A stretch of 64,000 nt of DNA from Negaprion brevirostris (taxonomy: Eukaryota). Positions 1 through 12,944 of the stretch are shown here, piece after piece. The notes under the pieces were generated by a model that worked only from the letters and a program-made list of their open reading frames with translations, had not been told where the DNA came from and made no database searches. The stretch's first letter is position 1; each line of letters opens with the position of its first letter. Location: NCBI GenBank assembly GCA_030324005.1, contig JARDVH010000106.1:37163042-37227041 (forward strand), in the 5' to 3' direction. The position numbers and the translations under genes are program-made.

Positions 1-525
1 GACAGGTTGGGCCTGTATCCATTGAAATTCAGAAGAATGGAAAGGCCGTTTTATTGAACATATAAAACCCTAAGGGGACTTGGCAGAATGGATGCTTCCC
101 TTTTTGGGCCACAGTTCGGTTACGTTTACTTTAGCGATGGGAAGGGATAGATACTTACTGCAGTGCAAGAGTTATAGCTTGGGGAAAGGAAATTATGATG
201 CGATTAGGCGAGATTTAGGATGCATAGGATGTGGAAGGCAACTGCAGGGGATGGGCACAATTGAAATGCGGAGCTTGTTCAAGGAACAGCTACCGCGCAT
301 CCTTGATAAGTATGTACCTGTCATGCGGGGGGAAGCAGTCGAACGAAGGCAACTGTGGTTTACTAAAGTAGTTGAATCCCATGTGAAGAGGAAGAAGGAG
401 ACTTATGTAAAGGTGAGAGCTGAAGGCTCAGTTAGGGCGTTTGAGAGTTACAAGTTAGCTAGGAAGGACCTAAAGAGAAGAGCCAGGAGGGGACATGAAG
501 TCTTTGGCAGGTAGGATCAAGAAAA
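1..525 (+). mobile_element. CR1 LINE fragments (3' ORF2 piece, then endonuclease-RT linker)
   Basis: ORF 80..514 contains GKGNYDAIRRDL, LFKEQL..ILDKYVP and WFTK..E..VKRKK, typical of the CR1 ORF2 linker. Confidence 0.75.
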
Positions 526-2188
526 GTAGCCCAACCATTTTCAGCTGCTTAGTAAATATGACAATATGATGCTTGCAAGAGCAAATCATTGTTGTGCATT
601 CAATGGCAAGTAACACCTCAATCTTGAAAGTTTTTCCACTCAAGAGCTCAGACTGAGCTCCTTTGCCCCAACCCTCTTGAGGATTTTGTTGGAATTAGCT
701 GCTGCATTTGCCTACATTATAATAGTGATTAATCTTTTAAGTAACCTATTGCACATGCAGTCACTTAAGACACCGTAAGACAATTACCTAAATCCAAGTC
801 TCTCCAACAAAAGACTTTTTTTTAATTTGCAGGTACAATTGGGAATTTGGTTGGTATGGGGATCATGGTGATATTCTTTAAAATTGTAATAGTTAAAAGG
901 GAAAATCACCATAATAATGCATTAGGTTCAAATTGTGTTAGGATGCTGCTTAGTCTACAAGTAGCTGCAAGTCAAATAAACAAAACTCTCAAGGTTGTTT
1001 ATTATGCTGGGAATTAAAAATTGCAATTTAGCTGTGAAGCTTTGTCCTGGACACCTCCACATTACCTAGGAATCACAATGAATATAGAAGTATTAAGGTT
1101 TCTTTCTCCATTATAATGGACTAAAAACTAAAATAAGTCTTTTGTCACGCCTCAGGACTGTGGTGAGCAAAACACATTGGAGTAAGTTTGGCAATCCTCC
1201 AGCCTAATGCGGACTAAACAGTAGGATCGGATTTAATTATGAGCTCGCAACTCCCCATTTATTACATAGAAGTCTTGTGGCATAGCAACTGAGAGCATAA
1301 ATGCAGCCTATGAAGTGTTATTGTGGAAATAAAAGTTTGCCAATGTGAGAAGTTGTTCTCCAACAAATGTGGAAACGGGAATTATTACAAATGTTGTTTG
1401 TTCCTGGTAATAGCTGACCCAAAAGCAATTTGATCACATGTAGCTCATAAAACTTATTCACTCGCTCAGATCCAATCCTCAGTTCTAAACGTTCAACCGT
1501 TAACACAAGCCACAAGCTTTCGGAGCACAGCACTTTTTATCAGGAACTAATGAAAGGCGGGAACAATTGATAAGAAAACCTATAATTGATCTATTTTGAA
1601 TTGCATACATTAGAATTTATTGAAGCGGTCTAGCTGCTCCATCTTGGGAGTTTCTCCAACCCTTTGATGATTTCGCCTAGCAGCTGCTGGTCAAAATAAA
1701 GGTTATATCTTTAAACAGAGACACTGGTTTCGTATTGTATTTTCTGAAATTTCTGACAGTATCCGGCCACCTCGAAAACCCCACCAACAGATGTCATCCA
1801 TTTATATCTGATATATTTTACAAGGCTATTGCTATCAGGAAACAAATTTCCATTAGAACTATTGAGAATGAAATGTTTGACACTGAAATGCACGGAGAGC
1901 AGAATTATTACCTGCACACATCTTCAAAACAGACTATCATTTAGAGTAATATTTCCTGCAAGTGTTCAGAGTGCATCGTAAAGTAAATGTATGCAGCTTC
2001 AACAATAGATTATGTCAGAAATGTGATGTTGGTAGCAATACTTTGCTTTATCACTAAGCATTCTCATATTACATTAATTGATATGCCACTAAATGCTTTC
2101 CATCAAGAACAGGCAAAATAGTTATTATGGACATCAACCTTTTTTTTGAGAATTCACACTTCACCGCATCAAAAAGATAATTACTTAC

Positions 2189-2243
2189 TTTCCGCTTTGG
2201 ACAGAGTGCAAGGGTTGGAATCAATCAATGCCAACTGAAAATG
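2189..2243 (-). CDS. KDM6A: KDM6A/UTX-family coding exon (equivalent to exon 7)
   Basis: 55 nt; ttttcctacag|CAT ... AAA|gtaagt; encodes HFQLALIDSNPCTLSKAE plus 1 nt. Absent from the ORF track. Confidence 0.95.
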
Positions 2244-3467
2244 CTGTAGGAAAATAAAGAAACAATATCAATACAAACTTAGTACAAAAAGTCAAGCAGA
2301 GCTAAACTAAAGAAAACTGGGGGGAAAAATCCTAAAAAGAGACCATAAAGTTTCTGTCATTCATGATGGCCAGGAAAAGAAAAACAAACACTAAGTTATA
2401 CACTGTACTTTTAATAACGGTGTGTAAACTTCCTCAAAAGAATACAACTTAACAGTGGTCAAAGAAACAATTCAAAATTATCCTTGATTGTGCACAAACA
2501 GCAAACCCCAGTACAGCACCATTAATGCATTTGCTTGTACTTAACTTGATTATCAAGCCAAGGCAATCTAAACAGATTTGGTTGGGAATGCTATATCTGA
2601 CCACTTTACTAGCAGAAAAACAACAATGAGAAACTAAATGTCGATGCACATATGGGGAGCCAAGGAGTCACAGTCATTGTCTTCGGTCCATGTGACAGTT
2701 CCATTCCCTTTGCACTAATTTCACATCTCTCTGAGGTTGACAGACTGTTCTAACTCCAAGATGAACTTCCAACCACAAAAGTGTGCCAAATTACCTATTT
2801 CCCGCTCGAAAATTGTTCATCTCCATCCGTGTTTCAACACTCTGCTGCTAATCTAACACACTTTTGGTCAGCCTCCAAACATTAGACCCTTCATGGCCTT
2901 GCTCTTCATCTCAATAATCTTCACCATCTTCCACAATTCTCCAAGGTATTGTGCTCCTTAAATTCCAGCCTCATGAACAGGCATGACCGGGACAGTAGCT
3001 GTCATCAACAGCGGACTGGTGAAGTAAAAGCTGCAGGGTTGTACCCCTGCATGGTGTTTGCAAACCATGCTCTCCGAAAATCAGCTATCAACCTTCTGTT
3101 TTCCTTCCAGTCAGCAACCATGCTCAGGGGTGACCCGCCCTGATGCTTTGTGCTCCAGGCCACAATCTCAGAACTGTCTCTGGAATCAGCGCTTTTTGAT
3201 ATGCATATGCCACATCCAATCTCTCTTCATCCGGGCAGTCCACGCTCCGGCACATCTGATAAAGCCACTTAGCAATAAACTGTGACCAGGTGCAGGCATA
3301 CTGAACATATCCCCCTCTGCTAGAATCAACAGCAAGTGTGTTTCCATTCCGACTCTGTGTTCAGGAGCTCATTCTCATTTGTTCTTTTGCAAATGTTTAA
3401 AGCATGAGGTATTTCAACTGTACTGCAAAGGCAAAGGTCAGAGAAGGATTTCACAGAGCAGAATTAA

Positions 3468-4100
3468 TAGAAACATAGAAAATAGGGGTAGGCCATTCAG
3501 CCTCACAAGCCTGCTCTGTTATTCAACATAATCATGGCTGAGACTCTGTCTCAACATCAAAATCTATTTCCTTCTTAAATATATTCTGTGACTTGACCTC
3601 CACAGCCTTCTGTGACAGGGAATTCCACAGGTTCACTACCCTCTCGATGAAGAAATTTCTCCTCGTATCAGTCCTAAGTACCCTACTCCATGTCCTGAGA
3701 CCATGCCCTCTTGTTCACTCATCCAAATCATGGATCTTTAAGGTGAATATCTAGGGCCCAAGCACTGAAGCCTGCCACTCAAAAAAACATATATTCCTAC
3801 TCTATTTCCTGTCTGGTGGCCAATTCTCAATCTAAGCCACCCAATCCCATGCCTTTTAAATTTTACATACTAACCTCTTACATGGGACTTTATTAAAAAT
3901 ATTCTGAAAATTCAAGTACACTACATCCATTGGTTCTCGCTTATCTGTTCTATTAGTTACATCCTCAAATTGCATTGATATTTCCCAAGTGTCCTGTTAC
4001 CACATCTTTTATAATAAATTTTTGCACCTTCTTTATTGATGTTAGGCTAACCAGTCTAAAATTCCCTGTTTTCTTCCTTTCTCCTTTTTTAAATAATGGG
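3468..4100 (-). mobile_element. Decayed, internally deleted CR1 LINE
   Basis: Starts with reverse CR1 tail (tagaaacatagaaa..ggccattcagcc); continues with gaattccacaggttcactaccctc and ggctaaccagtct (YRPVSL motif, reverse). Confidence 0.75.
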
Positions 4101-5744
4101 GAAAGGGATGTCACAGTAACAGCTGCATGTCATATCTGGAGTTGAAATTAAGGGCAACTGTTCCCCTCAGTGGATCAACCTTCTTTCAAGTCCCCCACCT
4201 CATCATCCCCACAAGTGAAGTCTTGCTACCAGCAGTTTAGTCTCATCACCACCATAATCCACTAACTCAGACTACACAAGCAAAATTCAGTTAACGGAGT
4301 CATAGCTGTCAGGAAAGAAACCAATTCCAAATTCGATCTGAAGTGTAAAGCAGAAGCCTTAAAATCTTCTCAACGTCATTGAGATAAAGAATCATATAAT
4401 TGTGAAATACTTTAACACTTCATTTTGTTTCAATCTTTAATTTGGACATTAGAAATATCTAAGTAAGAAATGGTCAGAAATTCTTGAAGAATGGGTTGTG
4501 GGAAAAGGATAACAGTACCACATAGTGGCCATGTATGCAATTTCAGGGACAAGCTTTCACTGGTGGTTCCCATTACAAATTGAGGAGATACACATCGCCA
4601 GCAATGAAGTGAAAGCCTGAGAGAGAAAATATGTATGGAATGTTATTCAATAGTTAAAGCAATATACTCCATGCTTCTCAAAGTGCAGTGTAACACCGTT
4701 CACTATTATTTGGCAAAAAAAAAAGCATTGTTGAAGTTGAAGAATTTGCACTGGAATTACTGGCAGTGGCAAGCTATAATAAAGCAGAGCCAAGAAGTTC
4801 CAGCCTTCAGAGTACTGGATATTTGAGACATTATAATCCAATTAACCAACATAAGAACTGCACTTTAAATGGGAGTTCTGCAGATATTAGTTTTTCTATC
4901 AACTTGGGCTCTCAAAATTGGCTCCTGCCCCCAACACTTTCAAATTTACAAACCATCTTTGGTTGAATTACTTCATATCCTTGCTCTTCCTCATTTCCAA
5001 CCTCGTCTAACATCAACTCTGTAGTCCTCCAACCCTGAACCACCCCCCCACCCCGCCAAAACTAACAGCCATTACCCTATCCATAGTGACCATGTTTCAG
5101 CCTTCTGATCGCAAAGTTCAGAAATTACGTCTTTAAATTTCTTAGTTGCATTTGTGGACTTTAAGACACACATCTCTACAATAAAAAAGCTTATTGCCAC
5201 CCCTTCTAATATTTCCAGCTCTAGCCTGGCATGCATTTTTATCCAATATACCCCTCTGAAGCACTTTGGCATGTTTTCCTATGTCACAGCAATATTCAAA
5301 CAAAAAATGTTCCTGTTGTTCTTGGTGTTTTCTCAAATATTCCAAGAAGTATATAAAACCAATGAATTCCATGCATATTTACCTTTCCCAATTGCAATGC
5401 CCAAGTGGTATTCCCAAACAGCCAAATAATAAACCCTTAGGTACTCCATATAAATAAGTCTGTTGCCATGGCAACTTACGACACATTTCTTNNNNCTATT
5501 TAGAGTGCGCACACATAAGCAAATGTCATGTGTGGCATCAATCACAGCCATGAGAGGCCTTTCCTCAGGTTGCAAAAAAACACAAATGTTGAGTAGACAG
5601 TGCTGATCATTCTATTTATTTACCCAATTTACTCCTACCAAAGGTAGTAACTGCCTTTGGTGAACAATTAGAGATATTAACCAATCGTTATTCATATATA
5701 GGTAGAAAAATATAGAATTATCAAGGTGAGCGGCAGGAGGTTTA

Positions 5745-5986
5745 GTGGGGAGTTGCAAGGAAAAGCTTTTCACCCAGAAAGTGGTAACTGCCTGGAAGGG
5801 TGGTAGAGGTGAGCTGCTTCATATCCTTTAAAAAGTACCTGGATGAGCATTTGGTGCATCATAACATTCAAGGCTGTAGGCCAAGTGCTGATAAATGGGA
5901 TTAGACAGGAGGTCAGGTATTTCTCGTGTGTCGGTGCAGACTCAATGGGGCGAAATGCCCTCGTCTGCACTGTATGATTCTATGAT
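5745..5986 (+). mobile_element. CR1 3' end
   Basis: ttttcacccagaaagtgg (FFTQRVV-like), 3' UTR, and tgtatgattctatga tail. Confidence 0.75.
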
Positions 5987-6206
5987 AATTTTGAAGAAAA
6001 TAATAAGAGGGAAAAAAATTAATGAGCCATGCACAAAGACATATTTTCATCTATCACATTTAACTAATGTGTCATGCATGCAGACTTGTACAAACATTTT
6101 TTTAAAAAAATAATCTCCAGTTAAATTGCTTTCTAAACAAAACAATTAGATAATTTTCTCTCTTCCCAGTGAGAAGCAACAAGTACCAGCCACACTGAAG
6201 GCTTCA

Positions 6207-6246
6207 ATTCACCTGACGAAGGGACTAACCCCGAAAGCTTGAGAGT
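6207..6246 (+). ncRNA. Minimal type I hammerhead ribozyme motif
   Basis: AUUCAC-CUGACGA-A-GGG-ACUAAC-CCC-GAAA-GCUU-GAGAGU: both core boxes intact, 3-bp stem II, palindromic AAGCUU stem III, stem I with one mismatch. Confidence 0.65.
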
Positions 6247-6307
6247 CTATTATCAAATAAATCAGTTGGACTAAAACCTGGTGTTGTCAGACTTTTTACT
6301 GTGTTCA
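6207..6307 (+). mobile_element. Penelope-like element pLTR fragment
   Basis: Near-identical to the arms at 7047-7121 and 7222-7278; carries a hammerhead core and caaataaa. Confidence 0.7.
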
Positions 6308-6899
6308 ATCACTAAGACAGCCTTTGAATGACCTTAAAATGTGGCTGTTCAGACTCTCTCTCCATAAGTACCTAATCAGTCACCATGAAGGGATAGTTAA
6401 TGCTGTACTTCAGATTTCAGCTTTACAGCTATATTACAGGAGATCAACTAGTAATCAATGTATGCATCAGCCTTGTGAAGATCTTTAAAGTTACTTTATC
6501 AACAATAAAGTACGATGACACAGTTCAAAATTTTAGAGTAGTTGATTTAGAACCGAGGGGCGCATCCTGCATCCTGGCCTAAGCTGCACCAGATATTAGG
6601 CTTCATATAATTTAAATAAGCCCATTTACCAATGAGCACCTACTGGATGTTGCCAGGCAGCAGGCCAGAAACAAGGCTCTGACTTTCAGGCCACTGATTC
6701 TTGAAAAGTAGTTCTCAAATAAGGGCTTAATTAGAAAGAAATCAACAATTGAACAGGAGTGGGTCCAACTCGGAAAGGGCTTGTGATGAACGCACTGAAC
6801 AGAGTTCTTGAGGTCAGTAATTTTTATCCATGTTGCCTTTTTGGTGCCAACTGCATTGCTACATCAAGGCTATTATGGGTAATTTTACAGTGTAGATAC

Positions 6900-8185
6900 A
6901 CTGACTATAAGAAATTACATCAAGACTGAGCAGGCATAAAGACTGGGGCCTGATGGGATGTATCCCAGGCTCCAATGGGGGGCAAGGGAGGAAACTGCAG
7001 GGGCCCTGACAGAGACGTTTAAATCTTCGCTGGCCACAGGTGAAGTCAGTAAAAAGTCTGACAACACCAGGTTTTAGTCCAACCGATTTATTTGATAGTA
7101 AACTCACAAGCTTTCGAGGGGNNNNNNNNNNNNNNNNNNNNNNNNNNNNNNNNNNNNNNNNNNNNNNNNNNNNNNNNNNNNNNNNNNNNNNNNNNNNNNN
7201 NNNNNNNNNNNNNNNNNNNNNTATCAAATAAATCGGTTGGACTAAAACCTGGTGTTGTCAAACTTTTTACTGTGTTCACCCCAGTCCAACGCCGGCACAT
7301 CCACATCATCACAGGTGAAGTGCCAGATGACTGGACGATAAGGAATATGGTAACTTTGTTTAAGGAAGAGAGCAGAATAAGACAGATAATTCCAGGCCAG
7401 TTAGCCTAACTTCTGTATACTAAATTATTGGAAAAAATTCTGAAGGACAGGATTAATCAACTCCTGAAAAAAGAAAGGATTGATCTGAGATAGTCAGCAT
7501 AGATTTGTTGGTGGGAGATCCTGTGCAACTAATTTGAGTCTTTTAAAAAGACAACTAAATATATTGATGAGGGTAACAGTTGATATGGTTTACATGGACA
7601 TCACTAAGGCCTTTGACAAGGTCCCACCATGGAAAGCTGGTCCAAAAAGTTAGAGCCCATGGGATTTAGGGCAAGTTGGAAAATTGGATCTGAAATTGGC
7701 TTGTTAGTAGGAGACAAAGGATGATGGTAGAAGGCTGCTTTTGTGACTGGAAGCCTGTGACCAGCGGTGTACCACAGCTATCGATGACGAGGCCCTTGCT
7801 GTTTGTTACGTACATTAACGATTCACAAGTTTGCAGCTGACATGAAAGCTAGTGGTGTTTTAGTGGGGAGGATAGTTTTAGACTACAGGCTGATATTGAT
7901 CAGCTGGTAAGTTGGGCAGAGCAATGGTATATGGAATTTATTCCTGATGAATGTGAGATGATACATTTTGGGAGATATAATAAGGGAATGGTATAGGTAG
8001 GTCCTTAGGAGTACTGAGGAACAAAGGGACCTTAACGTACAAGTCCACAAATCCCTGAAGGTGGCAGCACAGGTAGATAGAGAGGTGAAGAAGGCATATG
8101 GAATGCTTGCCTTCATTAGCCAGGGAATAGAATACAGGAGTAGGGAGGTCTTGGTACAACTTTATAAAATGGTCAGGCTGCAGAT
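6900..8185 (+). mobile_element. Decayed CR1 ORF2 (RT region) interrupted by a Penelope-like insertion
   Basis: GPDGMYPR, PVSLTS, KAFDKVP, KAYGMLAFISQGIEYRSREV motifs with frameshifts. Confidence 0.85.
7047..7309. mobile_element. Penelope-like insertion with inverted pLTR arms and 12-bp target duplication
   Basis: cacaggtgaagt at 7035-7046 and 7310-7321; 7047-7097 is the reverse complement of 7222-7272 (one mismatch); interior is an N gap. Confidence 0.8.
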
Positions 8186-11100
8186 GGTATCTTCACAGCA
8201 TTTATCTTCCATAAGTACTTACTTCAAAGTGTGCAGGGGCAGCCTTCAAATGAACATCACTATAACTCTTGGTGCTGATCAGAAAGACGTCAAGAATGGT
8301 TGCACCACAGGTATCGATGGTGAGACCCTTGCTGTTTGTTATATATATATATATTAACGATTCACAAGTTTGCAGCTGACATGACTAGCACTATAGCCAC
8401 TAGTGCATGCTCAACCAATGCTGATGTCTTTTCATTTGGCAGGAGAATTAACAGCTTTGCACATTAAATGCTACCAGATTTCTGCTTTATTATTACTTGT
8501 TGAATTTGTAATGAACCGTTGATATACAAATTGTAAATAGTGATTGCAGATTTAAGTAAGTCTTCTGCAGAAAGCTGAAAAGGCTTTATGGAAGCAATCC
8601 CAGGCTAGCTCATATAGTAGTTAATGGGGTTCCCGAGCCCAGTCATGCTCCCAAATCCCACATTGGGTGATCTTTTTAATTCATATTATTTATTTATTTA
8701 CTGATATTAATATTTACTAATATTAATACTGTTTATTTATTTACTGAAGAATCTGTGGACAATAGAACTTGACAGTATCTACACAAAGTATTATTTAGAA
8801 AAAATACCCCAACATATTTCTGTTGAGAATTTTAATAATAATGATTGACAGATGAACAGAATTTTAAGGAATAGTTAATCCCAACATGATTCCAGTTTAA
8901 TTTAATACCAGGTTTCAAGTTATATCTCAGAATTTAATTTAGTGTGTCTTTCTAGTTGCAACTGGTAAAGTCAAAGGCTGGTTCATGTTCACACAGAAAG
9001 TGCTCCCCCTATGGTGGCACAAAAATGCCTTCAATGGAAATCCAATCTCCAAGTAGCATTCAGTAATACAGACCACATGGGTGGAAGGAAAGAGCATAGG
9101 AGTAATCCCACCTTGATATACTCAGGTTTTAATGTCTTTGAAAGAATCTGAAATGTTTGAAATTATAGAAGTCATTCTTGTATTGCGCGATATTCCTGGC
9201 AGCCACATCGCATAATAAAAAACTTACAGCAACTACATTTCTCCATTGGTTTTTGAAATCAGATCTGACATTTCAGAGGAATATTTAAATTTCTAAAGGT
9301 ACAGAAATGCAGGGAGCTAATGTTACCTCTGACTTGTTTTGTATTGGGTGGGCTACAAACTCTTCTGAAAACTACTTTGTCGTCCACAGGCAGTTTACAT
9401 GATTCACATAAAGCTGGGAATTTCTCCCAACTAACTTAGAAGTTTTGAGCAGCCTGTTTATTTCATTGTGTGGTATATCCCAGATTGCTGCCTGGTTGTG
9501 CACATCTTAGGGAAACACTGGGAATCACTATCACCAATTATTTCTAACATGCAATTTCAACACATGGCCAGCACTGTATTGTAATTTTCATTCTACTGTT
9601 GGTAAATCATGCTTTGTGGCAGTTAAAACTTCAGGTGAAAAAAAGATGAAGACTCAAAATGATGGTCAGCCTCAGATTTGGCTTTTAAAATCACTGAACA
9701 AATATCAATATCTAGAAATATTTTTGGAAAGTATTAAAGATTACAAATATTGTTAATATAGGCAAATAAAGCTGATCACCTATTCTTTAAAAGCAGATCA
9801 TCAGAATGCATCTTCCAAATTATTTCACATAGTGAAGCAATATAAAATAGAGAAGTTGTAGATTACTAGATCAACAGTTCATTTTTCACTTGAACAACAG
9901 GTACCCTTTACACCGTATGGAGACCAACTATTTAACAACCATGAATGCAAAATTATTTCAATTATGCAGTTGCATTTGGCTTTCTCAACAACTTGTCAAG
10001 AAAGAGGACAATTGCAATCCCAAGATTATGTATAATTTTTCTAGTTAGGCAGACAATGGTCAATGCAGAACACTCTTTAGAGCCTTTAGCTGTACATCAC
10101 AGCTACAAATAAAAAATGCCGGTTAAAATATCACTATAAAATAGCATGGAAGCCTAAACGTTCCAATTACAGCAACATTTCTGTCATCTGGCATTGTACC
10201 AAACAGCGCGCTAGCAACTAGATCTTTCATTTGGATTTTTTTTTGATCGAGAAGTGTCTCATTCCTGACACTAACACTTGTTGCTGAGTGGTTACATTCA
10301 TTACTGCCCATCAGTCCCACTCTCACAATGGCTAATGATTGTGAAACTCACAGATAGTGGTTATCCCTGGCCTGCTCTCATCTGGTCTCTGTCTCCCACT
10401 GTTCTGCAGCATCATGCTCCCCTGATTTAAGTACTTCTGCACTTATTACAAGACCTCAACATCCGCGTCACTGCAAAGATCGTCCAGGAGCTTGCTGATT
10501 GGGTGAATACATGGAACTCATCTCGCATCTCACTTAACCAGCATTTTCATTAACTAGCACCTACCATTCCCAGAGCAAGGAACAATAACAGACATTTTAC
10601 AACATGCATATTATACCACTTTATTCAGCACTTTTCCTTGTACAAACTGCAGACCAAACAGTCCTTGTTACAGTGTTTTCAACCACATCTGCAAAGTATG
10701 TCTTCAAATCTGCAAACCCTACCTACAGAATAAGGTTTCCCTTTGCCACTAAAAATTAGAAAAATTAAACCAACATTCACAGTATAGCATGACAAAAACT
10801 GTTGATAATGTGCATAAATAGTTTGAATGATCACAAATAACAGATCTATAAACTGTCATCCCATTTTGTTGTATCATTTTTCCACGAAGCCAAACTCACA
10901 GAACAAATCCAAAAATTATTTTTTAAGCATCAGTTCATTACACAGATGATTTCAGATTTGTGCGCACCCATGCACTTGTCTAAAAAACAAAAACACTTTG
11001 TCAAATGAACAGAGACATCTGCTTGATCCAACCTGAATGGCACAGAATGTTTATTTGAACTTACCACNNNNNNNNNNNNNNNNNNNNNNNNNNNNNNNNN

Positions 11101-12944
11101 NNNNNNNNNNNNNNNNNNNNNNNNNNNNNNNNNNNNNNNNNNNNNNNNNNNNNNNNNNNNNNNNNNNNNNNNNNNNNNNNNNNNNNNNNNNNNNNNNNNN
11201 NNNNNNNNNNNNNNNNNNNNNNNNNNNNNNNNNNNNNNNNNNNNNNNNNNNNNNNNNNNNNNNNNNNNNNNNNNNNNNNNNNNNNNNNNNNNNNNNCAGC
11301 AGAATGCTCATTATTAAGCTCTCCTGGGTCCTCAGAAATCAAGATTTGTTTGTCTGTCAAGAAACAGGCCTCAGTAACACAGCCACTCACTTCACATGGT
11401 CATTAGAAAATGCAACGTCGCCCATCACATAAAAGGCCTACATCTTAGCTTATTTGCAAAGCAGCATCTTACACGCAATCATTGCAGTCTTAACTGTAGT
11501 CTATACTTCAGTATAATATATTTCCAACATTTACAATGCATTTACTGTAATGTTTGCACATCAGGAAAATATTGCTATTTCTCTTACTTGGTTAATTTAA
11601 GATAGCCCAGTGAAAGAACTTTGGAAGTGAAAAATGCTCAATAATTCCAACATCATATTGGCAAAACATTCTTTTTTATATGATTTGGTAATTTGCACTA
11701 TTGCTTTTTGTTGTTAAACTGGGGTTATTTCAGTGGTAACCACATGAATGATTAGCCATTATTATTTCAATATTTTGTCTGGTTGCTGATAAGAAGAAAT
11801 TTCCAAAAATTTACAGCCGAAGTCATTGAAAGTAGAATAAAATTTAAATACAGGATGGTGAGGAAGGGGCAGTGCAAAGTTGTGGGACAGTGCAAACTTG
11901 TAAGCCAGCACAGCTAAGTAACCAGGAGGGGCTATACTCAGTTTTATCAGAGAAGCAAATGCCATGCGGATTGAAAATTAGAGTTTGCATTTCTCCCATT
12001 AATATCACCAAAGAATTATGGTTTTTCCTCCAGCACTTGATCTTAATTTTCAAGGGCTATAAAAGAATGAAGATCTTCTGAATGACTGTCAAAGCCAAAG
12101 TCAATATGCCTTGGCGCCCCCTATCTTTTTTCATACTGCCAAGTGAAAATGTTACATGACAGAGGACTCTGACTCACAAATAAACATCGCTTTAAATGCT
12201 GCAGTATGGACAGTTTCTCAACACCACCATGGCCTATCTTGTTTGACGGGAAGTGTTAACCACTTTTTTCACACCTATTAAGTTACTCAAGCTATCGAAT
12301 GCAATTGCATTGTGAAAATTGGGCTCTGGTGTGTTGGTGAAGGAATAGCCTTCCAATACATCAACTGGATTCAACTGTGAATAGTGATCATTTCAAAAGA
12401 GGGACAAGATAACAACATCATGGAAGTATAGAGCTCAGAAAGAAACCGTAAGGCCTATCATGTTTATGTCAGAAAGCAAAGAATTATTCCTTTTACCCTG
12501 ATCTTCTGCCGTTTCCTCCAAATGAAAGAATTCTTCAGTAGCAGGGCACAGGGGATGGGAAGAGATGTCAATAAACGTGAATTGATGTACATAGGAAATC
12601 CTTCCTCATGAACTTCAAAATAAGAAGTCTGATCAATTTGTATGCAGCAGCAAAGGGGAATAAGGATATGAACCAAGGTGACTTGGCATGTGAGATTATT
12701 GGTGCAGTAAAAGATCTGTCATGTTTTTAAAGTATATATGGTTTAAGTCTGAAACCCACATGAATATTTAAGCTCCACTATCAAACTACGCAGCTGAAGT
12801 GGGTCTCAGCAAACAGCTTAGCCCATAAGATCAGTGGTGTTTCAGATTTCTATCTCTTGAGAAGAGAATGTGGTGAATATTCCATGTTTACACCAATTTA
12901 CATCAGAGAAGAAAGATACAAGTTTCAACTTGTGGGTGCTATTC

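Noticed and set aside
1-2188. Next KDM6A exon (about 35 nt, IQFHIAHLYETQ-like)
   Set aside because: Partial look-alikes near 1335-1350 (HIGKL) and 1722-1745 (QYETS) lack the right sequence and splice sites; the exon is probably beyond the window start.
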